Origin: Nitrospiria bacterium
GTDB lineage: Bacteria > Nitrospirota > Nitrospiria > SBBL01 > JAADHI01
Direction of reading: 5' to 3'
DNA: 62,749 bases
Assembly (NCBI GenBank): GCA_046756925.1
Contig: JBHHXH010000003.1
Location: forward strand, 1 to 62,749
Shown: piece by piece, positions 1-9,501 of the stretch
Numbering within the stretch: the first letter of the stretch is position 1
Layout: each line of letters begins with the position of its first letter
Notes under the pieces: generated by a model
What the model was told of the DNA's origin: nothing
Seen by the model: the letters and a program-made list of their open reading frames with translations, nothing else
The model's database searches: none
Program-made: the position numbers and the translations under genes

Positions 1-526
1 AGTTAGCCGTGGCTTCTTCTCCCGGTACCGTCAGACCCTAAGATTATTTACCTTAAGGTGTTTCTTTCCGGTCGAAAGGGGTTTACAGCCCGAGAGCCTT
101 CATCCCCCACGCGGCGTCGCTGCGTCAGGCTTTCGCCCATTGCGCAATATTCCTCACTGCTGCCTCCCGTAGGAGTCTGGCCCGTATTTCAGTGCCAGTG
201 TGACTGGTCGTCCTCTCAGACCAGCTACCCATCGTCGCCTTGGTCAGCCGTTACCCAACCAACAAGCTAATGGGATGTGAGCCCCTCAAAGGGCGATAGC
301 TTATAAATAGAGGCCACCTTTAATCTCTCGGCTTTGACTTCGAGATACCATGCGGTATTAGCCCCGCTTTCGCGGAGTTATCCCCCGCCCCTCGGCAGGT
401 TACTCACATATTACTCACCCGTGCGCCACTTTACTATCCCTCCGAAGAGAGAATTCTCGTTCGACTTGCATGTGTTAAGCACGCCGCCAGCGTTCGTTCT
501 GAGCCAGGATCAAACTCTCCGAATAA
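1..526 (-). rRNA. rrs: 16S rRNA, 5' portion (gene runs off the left edge of the window)
   Basis: 499-518 ctgagccaggatcaaactct is the reverse complement of the universal AGAGTTTGATCCTGGCTCAG site. 157-176 ctgctgcctcccgtaggagt is the reverse complement of the conserved 338-357 region. The 5' end is placed about 7 nt beyond the 8F site (approximate). Track ORFs 58-270 and 334-534 lie inside it and are spurious. Confidence 0.95.
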
Positions 527-567
527 AGGTTTGAACCTTTTGATCTGCTTTTGTTTCTTACATTTGT

Positions 568-595
568 TACTTACAGTAGACCCGCTACATGTCAA
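568..595 (-). promoter_or_regulatory. candidate sigma-70-type promoter for the rRNA gene
   Basis: Minus strand has TTGACA (~590-595), a 16-nt spacer, then TAAGTA (~568-573), with an AT-rich stretch upstream. The -10 element is a weak match. The implied leader is unusually short (~45 nt). Confidence 0.3.
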
Positions 596-622
596 TACAC
601 ACTATTTAGTTTTCAAAGAACG

Positions 623-664
623 AAAAAAAACCGCAAAGACCCACTTCATTTCGCGGCTTTTTCT
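623..664 (-). terminator. candidate intrinsic terminator downstream of tyrS
   Basis: Minus strand reads aaaaagCCGCgAAAtgaagtgggtcTTTGCGGtttttttt. This is a short stem followed by U8. It lies between the tyrS stop (751) and the rRNA promoter candidate. Confidence 0.4.
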
Positions 665-750
665 ATAGGGATATTGTACGCCACTGAGATCTCAAAATAC
701 AAGCTCAGCTATGAATAGATCCATCTTTTAACACAGCCCAATCTGGGTTG

Positions 751-1998
751 TCAATCCCCTCGAAGGAGACAATATCGCTTTTTCTTCCCTATTTTAATAT
801 CGCAACGATCTTCTTCTTTCAGGATGAGTACAAAATTGGGATCGATTATTTTGTTGCCGTTGATTTCGACAGCACCCTGTTGAATCAGTCTCCTGGCTTC
901 GCCCTTACTCGAGGCCCATCTTTGTTCGAACAACAGATTGAATAATTTATGCGCTTCACAACCGACAACAATCTCAAGATCCGTTTTCGACCGCGTCTCC
1001 CTGCCCACGGTTCGATCAAATTGACCCCTTGCCCTCTCCGCGGCCTTGCCCCCATGAAACCTGGCCACAAGCCCATGCGCCAATCGCAATTTGGCTTCCA
1101 TGGGATGCATTTTTTTTACCTCATTCAATTTTTCATCGGTTAAGAGTTCGAAATAACGCCACATCAGCTCATCTCGAATGGACATGGTTTTTCCAAACAT
1201 ATCGACAGGCGCATCTTCCAAGGCAATGTCGTTCCCATAACTCTTGCTCATTTTCCGAATACCGTCCGTGCCTTCCAGCAAGGGCATTGTCAGCACAACC
1301 TGTTGGGCCTGACCGTAGGCCTTTTGGAGGGTCCGACCCACCAATAAGTTAAATTTTTGATCCGTGCCGCCCAACTCCACATCCGCCCTAAGGGCAACCG
1401 AATCGTATCCTTGTATGAGCGGATATAAAAATTCGTGAACACCGATCGGATGGGACGCCTGGTAACGCTTTTGAAAATCATCTCTTTCGAGGATCCGCGC
1501 CACGGTGTATTCGGATGCCAGTTGGATCAACATCTCGGATTTCATGGAATCCATCCACTCACTGTTATATCGGATGATCGTTCGTTCCGGATCGAGGATC
1601 TTGAAGATTTGTGTTTGATAGGATTCCGCATTTTTCAAAACCGCTTCACGCGTCAGCGGTTGCCGAATTTCGGAACGGCCGCTCGGATCGCCGATCATCC
1701 CGGTAAAATCCCCGACCAGCACGACAACCGCATGCCCAAAATCTTGAAACTGTTTCAGCTTTTGAAAAAGAACCACATGACCGAGGTGGAGATTCGGAGC
1801 CGTCGGATCGATACCGAGCTTTACAATTAAGGGTTTTCCGAGACGTCGTGATTGCTCCAGTTTTTCCACCAGTTCAGCACGTTGGATGATGTCGATTACA
1901 CCCCGCGTGAGCACTTCGGCCATCGCCTCGACATCATCCAACACAGCGCGATCCGTTTTTATATCCATGACGCAAATACGTCCAGTCGCCCCATCCAC
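751..1998 (-). CDS. tyrS: tyrosyl-tRNA synthetase
   Basis: 415-aa ORF with class-I signatures APNLHLGH (HIGH) and KMSKS, plus a C-terminal S4-like region. The start could instead be the internal Met at 1968. Confidence 0.93.
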   Translation of the reverse strand: MDGATGRICVMDIKTDRAVLDDVEAMAEVLTRGVIDIIQRAELVEKLEQSRRLGKPLIVKLGIDPTAPNLHLGHVVLFQKLKQFQDFGHAVVVLVGDFTGMIGDPSGRSEIRQPLTREAVLKNAESYQTQIFKILDPERTIIRYNSEWMDSMKSEMLIQLASEYTVARILERDDFQKRYQASHPIGVHEFLYPLIQGYDSVALRADVELGGTDQKFNLLVGRTLQKAYGQAQQVVLTMPLLEGTDGIRKMSKSYGNDIALEDAPVDMFGKTMSIRDELMWRYFELLTDEKLNEVKKMHPMEAKLRLAHGLVARFHGGKAAERARGQFDRTVGRETRSKTDLEIVVGCEAHKLFNLLFEQRWASSKGEARRLIQQGAVEINGNKIIDPNFVLILKEEDRCDIKIGKKKRYCLLRGD

Positions 1999-2161
1999 TG
2001 GGGGACATCGTTTTGAGATGATTGAATGTGCAACCCTTATTTATCTTCATGCTGCATTCGGCCAGGTGAGGCCGGAGGAACGAAAATCGAAGAGGCATTA
2101 ACAATACTGAATGGAACGAGTATCGATCGATCGGTCCGTTCGAAGTACGGTGGCAAAGCCC

Positions 2162-2578
2162 TTATTGCGAGGGCGATTCAAATCGAAGAAACGGCATCAT
2201 CTTTTCGAGTTTCTTTTCGCCGATACCTTTGATCCGGAGGAGATCCTTCGGCTCTAAAAAAGGTCCGTCATCCTCTCGTGATTTCAAAATGGCCTCGGCT
2301 AATTTCGGACCGATTCCTGGAAGCGCAACCAGGGCTTGCAAGGACGCCGAATTCACATCCAAGGTCCCTTCCAAAGGGTTTCCTAATTTTTCATCGGCCG
2401 CCGATTGTGCGGACGAAACGGACACCCCCACCGGAAATCTCAACGCGTACTGCCGATCCGCCCAGTTCCGAAAGTAGAACACGGCGGCCAGCATGAACAC
2501 TGAAAAAATAAATTTGCCAAATGCCGAAACGATCCGGGTCATCGCTGCTTTACGGCCAGCTTTATTGATTGGTTTCAT
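2162..2578 (-). CDS. ComEA-like helix-hairpin-helix DNA-binding protein
   Basis: N-terminal hydrophobic helix followed by tandem HhH motifs (LPGIGPKLAEAIL ... IKGIGEKKLEKM). An alternative start at 2542 would remove the overlap with gcvH. Confidence 0.75.
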   Translation of the reverse strand: MKPINKAGRKAAMTRIVSAFGKFIFSVFMLAAVFYFRNWADRQYALRFPVGVSVSSAQSAADEKLGNPLEGTLDVNSASLQALVALPGIGPKLAEAILKSREDDGPFLEPKDLLRIKGIGEKKLEKMMPFLRFESPSQ

Positions 2579-2951
2579 TTTCCAAGAACGCCCGATATTC
2601 GTTCGCCGCCATCAACTGATCGATTTCATTCGGTTGATCCATCTCGATCACGACGATCCACCCTTCTCCATAGACATCCGCGTTGATCAACTCAGGTGTT
2701 TCTTCCAATGCAGCATTGACCGCCACAATCTTGCCACCCACTGGCGCATAAAGCATGGAAGTCGTTTTTGTGGATTCGATTTCTGTAATTTCCTCACCTT
2801 TTTTTACGGATCTTCCAAGGTCCGGAATTTCGAGAAAAACGATATCTCCCAACGCGTCTTGTGCGAAATCCGATATTCCAATGGTGGCTTTCGTACCGTC
2901 CACTCGAACCCACTCATGTTCTTGATGATAACGAAGATCCTCTTGAATCAC
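2562..2951 (-). CDS. gcvH: glycine cleavage system protein H
   Basis: DLRYHQEHEWV, ISDFAQDALGDIVF and lipoyl-lysine context EIESTKT. GTG start at 2951 is preceded by GGAGGG. The track ORF start at 3014 looks like an upstream extension. Confidence 0.9.
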   Translation of the reverse strand: MIQEDLRYHQEHEWVRVDGTKATIGISDFAQDALGDIVFLEIPDLGRSVKKGEEITEIESTKTTSMLYAPVGGKIVAVNAALEETPELINADVYGEGWIVVIEMDQPNEIDQLMAANEYRAFLENETNQ

Positions 2952-3265
2952 GCCAATCCCTCCGCCACGAAAATGAACGCCATAGGTATATCCGAAACCA
3001 CGCGATGCTGTCAAGCAAACTGGGTGAATAATCCCCTATAAATGCTTCCTTTTCAAAATCTTGCAATGCAACCCCAATGAAACCCTAAATAAAGAACGTG
3101 CTAAATCGACGCATAAAGAATAGACCGAATATTTAATGACCCCAAGTACGAAGGCCCAAGAGTCACCTGAAAACATGACGTCATACAAGAAAACACACCA
3201 AGACCGTCTTGAAAGACGCGCGCCAAAGCTTGACAAAAGAGGCTGCAATGCTTTAGGCATAGACC

Positions 3266-3838
3266 ATGTCGACAAACGCAAGGGGTCCCGCCAGGTTGTT
3301 AAAGCTTCTACAAACACTCTCTTTTCGGGAAAGTTCTGAAACCGCCTTTCGGCTCACTTCCGGAAAAAAAACCGCTTACTATATCGATTGCAAAAAGGTT
3401 TCCCTGCATCCGGAAGGTGCCTACCTGATTGCTTCCGAAATATTTAATCGGATCAAAGACTTGCCCGTAGACGGGGTTGGCGGCATGACCCTGGGCGCCG
3501 ATCCGATCGCGACCGCGGTATCGGTCATCAGCCATATCAACAAGCAGCCGATCCCCGCATTCATCGTCAGGAAGGAGGCGAAAGGACATGGTAGCCGACA
3601 ACAAATAGAAGGATATTTAAAACCCGGTGCCAGTGTGGTGGTGGTCGAAGATGTGGTCACCACGGGTGGGTCAACCCTGCGCACATTGGCGGTTTTAAAA
3701 AAGGAAGGTTATTCGATTTTGAAGGTGATCGCCTTGGTCGATCGTAAAGAAGGAGGCGCCGAAGCCATTATTTCGTCGGGCACATCCTTCGAAAGCATGT
3801 TTACGCTGGATGATTTTACTCAAAAACATCCAAAATAA
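3266..3838 (+). CDS. pyrE: orotate phosphoribosyltransferase
   Basis: LTSGKKTAYYID and PRPP-binding loop VVVVEDVVTTGGS. No clear SD before the ATG at 3266. A TTG at 3296 preceded by AGGGG is an alternative start. Confidence 0.9.
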   Translation: MSTNARGPARLLKLLQTLSFRESSETAFRLTSGKKTAYYIDCKKVSLHPEGAYLIASEIFNRIKDLPVDGVGGMTLGADPIATAVSVISHINKQPIPAFIVRKEAKGHGSRQQIEGYLKPGASVVVVEDVVTTGGSTLRTLAVLKKEGYSILKVIALVDRKEGGAEAIISSGTSFESMFTLDDFTQKHPK

Positions 3839-4462
3839 AGACAAGCTTGTTTTCCATCGGCCTGTCTTCCTTACTGTTTAGAGAATACAAATATCTGAAA
3901 CCCCTCATTGGCCCCCAACCTGGTGTGCAGAGCCGGACCTCGAAAATTGGACAAGGTCTTTAAGTGTGATCTGCTGGGTTTGAATTCCTCTCATCATGCC
4001 GCTTTCGGCAGATTGAAGCGTTCTAAAAACGCCATTCGCCGAGGATCCAGCGCCTCTTGGGAGACCTTACTTCCACAGATAACCTTGCCCAGATTCCGGA
4101 GATCGAGATGGACAAACCTTCCCTATGCATGAAGTCTACCCGCTTTTCCAATACAAGAAAAAACGTTTTGGGCAGCTTACGTTGGCCAGGCTCACGGAAG
4201 CAGCGGAGCGATTTCTCGTCGTTCTGCCGCATGACCAGCGCATAGAGTGACCCAGCCGACAGATTTCTGAAGGGATCCTCGGGAGATTTCTCAAGGAGGC
4301 AATCATCTTTGCCTCCCGATGAATCAGCAATCGTCCTATGGTCGCAGGAAGTAACCATGACTTTGAATAAAACCCTTTGACAACCATCCTTCGGCCATCA
4401 CCGGAAGTAAAGATCCCCGCCCTTCCGGACGGGGCTTGAAGTGGACCCAATCGACTTGTGTT

Positions 4463-4840
4463 TTAAGTGTTCTGCCGACCCGTAAGATATTTCCATACAT
4501 CAATCATATCGATCGCCAAAGATATAGCGATACAAGTCGATAAGACAATCAGGTAACTTTTAAAAGAACCCGCCCTCCCTGGAATTTTCATCAGCACATA
4601 GATGAGCAATGGGATCCATAGTATGTGTCCCAGACCCAGTATTTTTTCAAACCCGAAAAGAGAATAAAGTGTCATCATCAACATTGCGGAAATGATGAAT
4701 ACCGTGAAGATAAGCTTTGCCAAGGGGGCAGGCCAATAAACGGCACTGACGAGATTAATCAGCGTTAAGAAAAACACCCAGACGGAAATCCATACCGGCT
4801 GTTTCATTAATTCGGCGAAGAATTTGAACGGATTTCTCAT
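4463..4840 (-). CDS. small integral membrane protein, family unknown
   Basis: 125-aa ORF with about four hydrophobic segments. Its start lies 3 nt after the stop of the upstream Cys-rich ORF, which suggests co-transcription. Confidence 0.5.
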   Translation of the reverse strand: MRNPFKFFAELMKQPVWISVWVFFLTLINLVSAVYWPAPLAKLIFTVFIISAMLMMTLYSLFGFEKILGLGHILWIPLLIYVLMKIPGRAGSFKSYLIVLSTCIAISLAIDMIDVWKYLTGRQNT

Positions 4841-4843
4841 ATT

Positions 4844-5179
4844 TTAAGGCTTTCCCGAAACAAAGGGATGGTCGCATGTCGTACAATGGGCAACATAGAA
4901 ACATTGCCGGGAGGGCAGTTCACAGCGCATATCCAGTTCGCATCTTGATCTCGAAAACCCCGGACAAACCGATGTCGGATAGTCTTTTTGCCCTTTTTCC
5001 AAAACACAGCGCTCTGTGGAAACCTCGTAAAGTGTTCCACACGTTATACAAGTGGCCACTGCGAGGCACTCTCCGTACCCTAGATCGCATCTCAATGTGA
5101 CATCAATGGTTGCATAGTGACATTCAGGACACGATACTTTATTTAGTTTATGCTGAATTTCTGTGAGATTTAATGTCAT
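4844..5179 (-). CDS. Cys-rich protein with an internally duplicated zinc-ribbon-like motif
   Basis: ATG at 5179 is preceded by AGGAGA with a 7-nt spacer. Two copies of the pattern C-x2-C / RC-x6-C-x5-C-x2-C are present (CPEC..RCDLGYGECLAVATCITC and CPGF..RCELPSRQCFYVAHCTTC). Confidence 0.5.
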   Translation of the reverse strand: MTLNLTEIQHKLNKVSCPECHYATIDVTLRCDLGYGECLAVATCITCGTLYEVSTERCVLEKGQKDYPTSVCPGFSRSRCELDMRCELPSRQCFYVAHCTTCDHPFVSGKP

Positions 5180-5556
5180 AATTGGTTCTCCTTTTCTTCG
5201 GGGTTGCACCCTTGACTAATACGATTCATGACGCTTTAAGATAAGGAAACGTCCTGTGTGGAAATTCCAAATCCCATTAAAAGACCGTAAGGAATGACAG
5301 ACCCTATCGTTTTCTATTGTTTTTATACCAAGCCCATAGATAGCACTATTTTTGTAAGTCAGGATGTGGTCTGGATTACATAAGAATATCCATTATGAAA
5401 ATAATATGTGTCTGTGCAAGCCTGCCTACAGCGTGCTTCGGTTGAGGCCGTTTAATATGACAATCGTGAGATCAAGGAAGGTTATAATCACTGGGCAACA
5501 CACAAAAAAACACATCATGAAACATATTAAGATTCGTGTTCTTGAAAGGAGGGGAA

Positions 5557-6354
5557 ATGTTCGGCCTTGATCTTCTTGGGCTTCTTAAGATTGCGTCGAG
5601 TCGATACTTGAACAAGCAGAATATCGCAACACTCAACCTGCTGGCGAATGTCATCGAAAGCCGGGACCCCTATACGGCGGGACATACCTGGCGTGTTGCC
5701 AAGTATGCCACTGCCATGGCGCGGCGTCTCGGTTGGTCGTCCAAACGGGTAGTCGGCATTGAAATAGGGAGCTTTCTTCACGATCTTGGAAAGATATCGA
5801 CCGAGGATCGCGTCTTAAAGAAAGCGGGCAAGCTGACGGCTGAAGAATACGAGCAAATCAAGGCGCACCCAGCCGAGGGAAAAAGATTGCTTCAAGGGAT
5901 TGCATTCCTCCAACCGGCCGTTCAAGGCATCTATTCCCACCATGAGCACTATGATGGGAGCGGTTATCCGGAGGGCTTACAAGGGGAAGCCATCTCCAAG
6001 GAGGGTCGTCTTATGGCCGTTGCCGATGTCTTCGATGCTCTTACAAGTAATCGCTCTTATCGAAGGCCCATCAGCGCAGAAGAAGGCCTTTCCTACCTTC
6101 AAGGACAAAAGGGGACGCTTTTTGATCCAAAATTAGTGGATCTGTTTACATCCATCTGGGACGAAGGGAAACTAGAGAAGACCGTACTCCATAGTGAGGG
6201 ACATATCCCGCTTCTCTCATGCCCTCATGACGGCCCGACCATTGCTGTTCAATCGGGTAGCTCGGAAGGAGACAGCATTTTTTGTCCTGTCTGTAAAACC
6301 CGCTTCGTTCTTGTCAATAGAAACGGAGATTGGCAACCGCAACTCACGCATTGA
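5557..6354 (+). CDS. stand-alone HD-GYP domain protein (putative c-di-GMP phosphodiesterase) with a C-terminal Cys4 tail
   Basis: HD (HTWRVAKYA...HDLGKI) and HHEHYDGSGYPEGL motifs. ATG at 5557 follows AGGAGG. C-terminus is CPHDG-x17-CPVC. No N-terminal receiver or sensor domain. Confidence 0.85.
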   Translation: MFGLDLLGLLKIASSRYLNKQNIATLNLLANVIESRDPYTAGHTWRVAKYATAMARRLGWSSKRVVGIEIGSFLHDLGKISTEDRVLKKAGKLTAEEYEQIKAHPAEGKRLLQGIAFLQPAVQGIYSHHEHYDGSGYPEGLQGEAISKEGRLMAVADVFDALTSNRSYRRPISAEEGLSYLQGQKGTLFDPKLVDLFTSIWDEGKLEKTVLHSEGHIPLLSCPHDGPTIAVQSGSSEGDSIFCPVCKTRFVLVNRNGDWQPQLTH

Positions 6355-6435
6355 TGATATTTGAAAGGGAACATACCGACGGGTTTAATCAGCGGGTTGT
6401 TGTTTAAAGAATTTTTAACAAAGACTGTTCTGGAT

Positions 6436-6789
6436 TCATACAGATTGTGCGCCATAGGATCGGGCAATGGTTCTCTCCTCTCGATAAGCATCTTGAAGTA
6501 CTTTCATCCGGCAGGCAATGAGTCCCTGTAACTCCTTGTTCATCAGAAGAATCCCTTCGATCTGTTCAGCCTTTCGACCCAGCTCACGAGGACCGGATGA
6601 TGCCCGCCCGTCCGACTCTTCCAGGCGCCGGCAGAGTGCTTGATGCTTGTTTTCGTCTAATTTTATATCCTCCCACTGGCCCGCCTTCGCCGCTTTCAAC
6701 ATCTTCTCCGAAACGGCATAGAGCGCCTCATAAAGATGCATCTCTGTTTGAGTACCATCGGTATTTGTTAGCGCTTCCGTCTCCAGCAT
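6436..6789 (-). CDS. FliT-like flagellar chaperone (tentative)
   Basis: 117-aa helical ORF directly after fliS. MLKAAKAGQWEDI and a later LLMNKELQGLIACRM segment resemble the FliT pattern (EEQWDEL ... RM). Position in the fliD-fliS-fliT order supports the call. Confidence 0.5.
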   Translation of the reverse strand: MLETEALTNTDGTQTEMHLYEALYAVSEKMLKAAKAGQWEDIKLDENKHQALCRRLEESDGRASSGPRELGRKAEQIEGILLMNKELQGLIACRMKVLQDAYREERTIARSYGAQSV

Positions 6790-6805
6790 ATTACGATCTC
6801 CTTTT

Positions 6806-7228
6806 TTATCGAGGCGCGCCGGTTTGCGGTTTCAGTGCGTCCTCCGGAAGATTGGCCAGCTCAACCCAGGCCTCTCTGAGCCCAGAGAGTAGCTTCTCGA
6901 CCTCTTCAATGGGGGCGGTGTCGTTCTTCAAGTTGCCTTCGACCAACCTTTTCGTCATATACCCGTAAAGGGCCTCAAGATTGGTCGAAATGTCTCCCCC
7001 CACTTCATGATTGAGGCAAGCGTTTAGTTCTTCAATAATGGCAATCGTTTTGGCGATCGCCTCAGCTTTACCCGAAATATTTTGCTGCTTCATGTGGGCT
7101 CGTGCCGCCCGGATCGATTTGAGCGCACCCTCATATAATATTTGAATGAGCCGAAGCGGCGTTGCGGTGGCGACACTGGTCGAAAGGTCGACTTGCGCAT
7201 AAGTATGATAACGGTCATTCGGGATCAC
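6806..7228 (-). CDS. fliS: flagellin-specific chaperone FliS
   Basis: ATPLRLIQILYEGALKSI ... AIAIIEELNACLN ... LYGYMTKRL is the typical FliS four-helix pattern. The gene is adjacent to fliD. Confidence 0.9.
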   Translation of the reverse strand: MIPNDRYHTYAQVDLSTSVATATPLRLIQILYEGALKSIRAARAHMKQQNISGKAEAIAKTIAIIEELNACLNHEVGGDISTNLEALYGYMTKRLVEGNLKNDTAPIEEVEKLLSGLREAWVELANLPEDALKPQTGAPR

Positions 7229-7238
7229 CTGTACTCCT

Positions 7239-8984
7239 TCAAGTTTTTTTATTGATATTTGAAATCGCCGAGAGCTGTTGGGTTAGAAAATCGCCGCCAG
7301 CCTGGAGTGTCGACAGCGTTTCTTCCAAAGCGGAAAACTGTCTTCTAAACGTCTCTTCCTTGGTAATGAGTCTTCTCCCAAGACTTTCGATGCGATCCTT
7401 GGTCCGATCGACCGAACTATTCAAACCATTCACCCGGGCGGGGATGAGGGTCTTAACATAGTCGTCGAGGGTATCCTCCAAGGACTCGGCCATGGCGTCG
7501 AAGGTGTCGATAACCCCCTGGAGATCATTATCGATGGCCTTATCAAGCACCGCGCTGTCGAGTGAAAGGACGCCTTCCTTGCTATGACTGAGCCCAAAAC
7601 TTGCGGGGATATTGCCTTTGAAAGATGTTGTGATCACCGATCGCAAGCTCGTCACAATTCCTCTTGCCGTACTGTCGCCGGTTAAAAGAAGATCCTTGCC
7701 ATCCGATAAACTCCTTCCGAGACCGGACGCCCGATTATAGGCCCCGACAAAGGCATCGATATTGTCGGCAATACTCGCAAGGTCTTTCGAAAGCGTCAGC
7801 GTGACGGTCGGCTTGGTCGTCGGCGCGCTGACCAAATCGAGGGTTACATCCGTAATGATATCCGAAATGGTATTCGAACTCCGGGTGATCGTCAGGCCGT
7901 TGACATCGAGGGATGCATCGATCGATGCTTGCGATTGCGTCAAGTTCCTCGTGCCGCCGGTCGCAGCGCCCGCCGAATCGTAAGTGGCCTTGAAGGCCAA
8001 TTTCGAAAGCCCCGTCGTATCAGTTTCCGAAGTGGCTTCCTCAAAGACCCCGTCATTGTCCTCATCGACGGTCAGGACGATTCGATTGGCCGTCCCCGTT
8101 GCATCGGCGGAGAGCACCAGTCGCACCCCGTCCACACCGTTGTCACTGGTCACCGAAGCGCCGACCGCGACGGAAGCGTGATCTGTCGTGTTAAAACCGA
8201 GAATCCCTTCCGACGTCGTTGAGGCATTTTCGAACAAAAAATCGACGGCGTTGGCGTTTCCCGTGTCGTTCGCAATCTTAAATTTTTTCGTGGACGCGTC
8301 GTAGGTCACCGTATAGGTATCGCTGCCGGCATTCGCCGCCTCCAGCGCCGTTTTTATTTCCGTCGCAAGCGCATCGCCCGTATAGGTCCCGGCGGTGAGT
8401 GTTGCCGTGCGATTCGAACCATCGTTAAACACAAGGGTATTATTCGTACTGTCGATCACGAAACCGACATTCACCAGCGAGGCCGTCGCACCCGCGTTGG
8501 CGGCATTGATCGCATCCTTAATACCGGCAACGGTGTTATTGGTCGAATCGATTGTAATCGTTTTCGCCGTAGCGCTGCCCACCTGTATCTTCAGCTTTTG
8601 AGTGGCCACGCTGGAAAGGTCTGCAACCGCGGAAGTCGAAGACGAAAAGATTTCCGAATAAAGACTCTGCGAGGTCGCCAACTGGTTCACCACAATACTG
8701 TAGTTACCCACGGAAGCCGTTGATTTTGCAGAGGCTGTTAGGATACTCGTGTCGGAGGGCTTTGCAGACATTGCAAAGATGGTATCTTTTTTTAAGGACC
8801 CTAAATTGGTCTTGAGTGTCGAAACCGCACTTTTTAATCCGCCGAAGGCGCTGATCTTCGCTTCGAAAGCCGCCTGCGTCTTGTTAAGCGAAGCAAGGGG
8901 CTGCTGTTCGACGGCCATGAGCTGTTCAATCAGCTGTGCCGTTTCGATACCCGAAAAAATCCCGCTTGAAACCGTAACGCCCAT
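7239..8984 (-). CDS. fliD: flagellar filament cap protein FliD
   Basis: N-terminal GIFSGIETAQLIEQLMAVEQQPL...KISAFGGLKS and a C-terminal coiled-coil FSALEETLSTLQ. 581 aa. Confidence 0.92.
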   Translation of the reverse strand: MGVTVSSGIFSGIETAQLIEQLMAVEQQPLASLNKTQAAFEAKISAFGGLKSAVSTLKTNLGSLKKDTIFAMSAKPSDTSILTASAKSTASVGNYSIVVNQLATSQSLYSEIFSSSTSAVADLSSVATQKLKIQVGSATAKTITIDSTNNTVAGIKDAINAANAGATASLVNVGFVIDSTNNTLVFNDGSNRTATLTAGTYTGDALATEIKTALEAANAGSDTYTVTYDASTKKFKIANDTGNANAVDFLFENASTTSEGILGFNTTDHASVAVGASVTSDNGVDGVRLVLSADATGTANRIVLTVDEDNDGVFEEATSETDTTGLSKLAFKATYDSAGAATGGTRNLTQSQASIDASLDVNGLTITRSSNTISDIITDVTLDLVSAPTTKPTVTLTLSKDLASIADNIDAFVGAYNRASGLGRSLSDGKDLLLTGDSTARGIVTSLRSVITTSFKGNIPASFGLSHSKEGVLSLDSAVLDKAIDNDLQGVIDTFDAMAESLEDTLDDYVKTLIPARVNGLNSSVDRTKDRIESLGRRLITKEETFRRQFSALEETLSTLQAGGDFLTQQLSAISNINKKT

Positions 8985-8990
8985 CGCTGT

Positions 8991-9329
8991 TTACGCCTCC
9001 AGATCTAGAATATTGCCAAAGCTCTCCTTGAGCGCTTCCGCTGCTTTCAGGAATTGTTCGGGGGGAATCTGCTTGACAAGTTCGCCCTCTTGATCCAGCA
9101 CTTTTATCACAACATTTCCCAGGTCATCCATCGAGAATAAGGCCTTGTAAGCCACAATATTTTTGGGCATTTCCGGCGAAGGATCGTTCGATCCTTCTAT
9201 TGGAACAGACGCATTCCTCTCGATGGAGGCCGTACCCTTTTGTATGGGCTTAACCTCTTTTTGCGAAGGATTCTCAAAAGGTTTTTGAGCCGGAGGCGAG
9301 ATTAGACTGATCGTTTTTATCTCCATCAT
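8991..9329 (-). CDS. flaG: FlaG family protein
   Basis: 112 aa with C-terminal FSMDDLGNVVIKVLDQEGELVKQIPPEQFL, typical of FlaG. Located between fliC and fliD. Confidence 0.8.
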   Translation of the reverse strand: MMEIKTISLISPPAQKPFENPSQKEVKPIQKGTASIERNASVPIEGSNDPSPEMPKNIVAYKALFSMDDLGNVVIKVLDQEGELVKQIPPEQFLKAAEALKESFGNILDLEA

Positions 9330-9439
9330 CTCTTCCCTTCAAGCCCATCAACTTCTATTCCTTATATACCGATTTAAAAAACCACCAAACAGCTTTTACC
9401 GTCCTTCTTAATTTCAGCTCAAATCGATGGGCTTTCGTT

Positions 9440-9479
9440 GGAATCGGGTCGGGAAAAATCTTTTGCCCCCCCCGATTCC
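9440..9479 (-). terminator. strong hairpin 22 nt downstream of fliC (terminator or 3' stabiliser)
   Basis: GGAATCGGG(tc)GGG ... CCCCC CCCGATTCC gives a 9-bp perfect stem plus a G/C extension. There is no U-tract after it on the minus strand, so it is not a canonical intrinsic terminator. Confidence 0.4.
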
Positions 9480-9501
9480 GTTATTGTTACGAAAATACGT
9501 C

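Noticed and set aside
58-534. Track ORFs 58-270 and 334-534 on the plus strand
   Set aside because: They lie entirely within the 16S rRNA gene (antisense) and have no coding signal.
3229-3266. TTGACA at about 3229-3234 upstream of pyrE with no SD before the ATG, raising the idea of a leaderless mRNA
   Set aside because: No acceptable -10 hexamer lies at the right spacing. An alternative TTG start with an AGGGG SD at 3296 explains the data more simply.
4181-4215. ggccaggctcacGGAAGCAGCgg, which resembles the GGAAGCAGC segment of bacterial SRP (4.5S) RNA domain IV
   Set aside because: There is no GNRA tetraloop closed by the expected helix immediately 5' of it, and no complementary 5' or 3' arms. 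It is a 9-nt coincidence.
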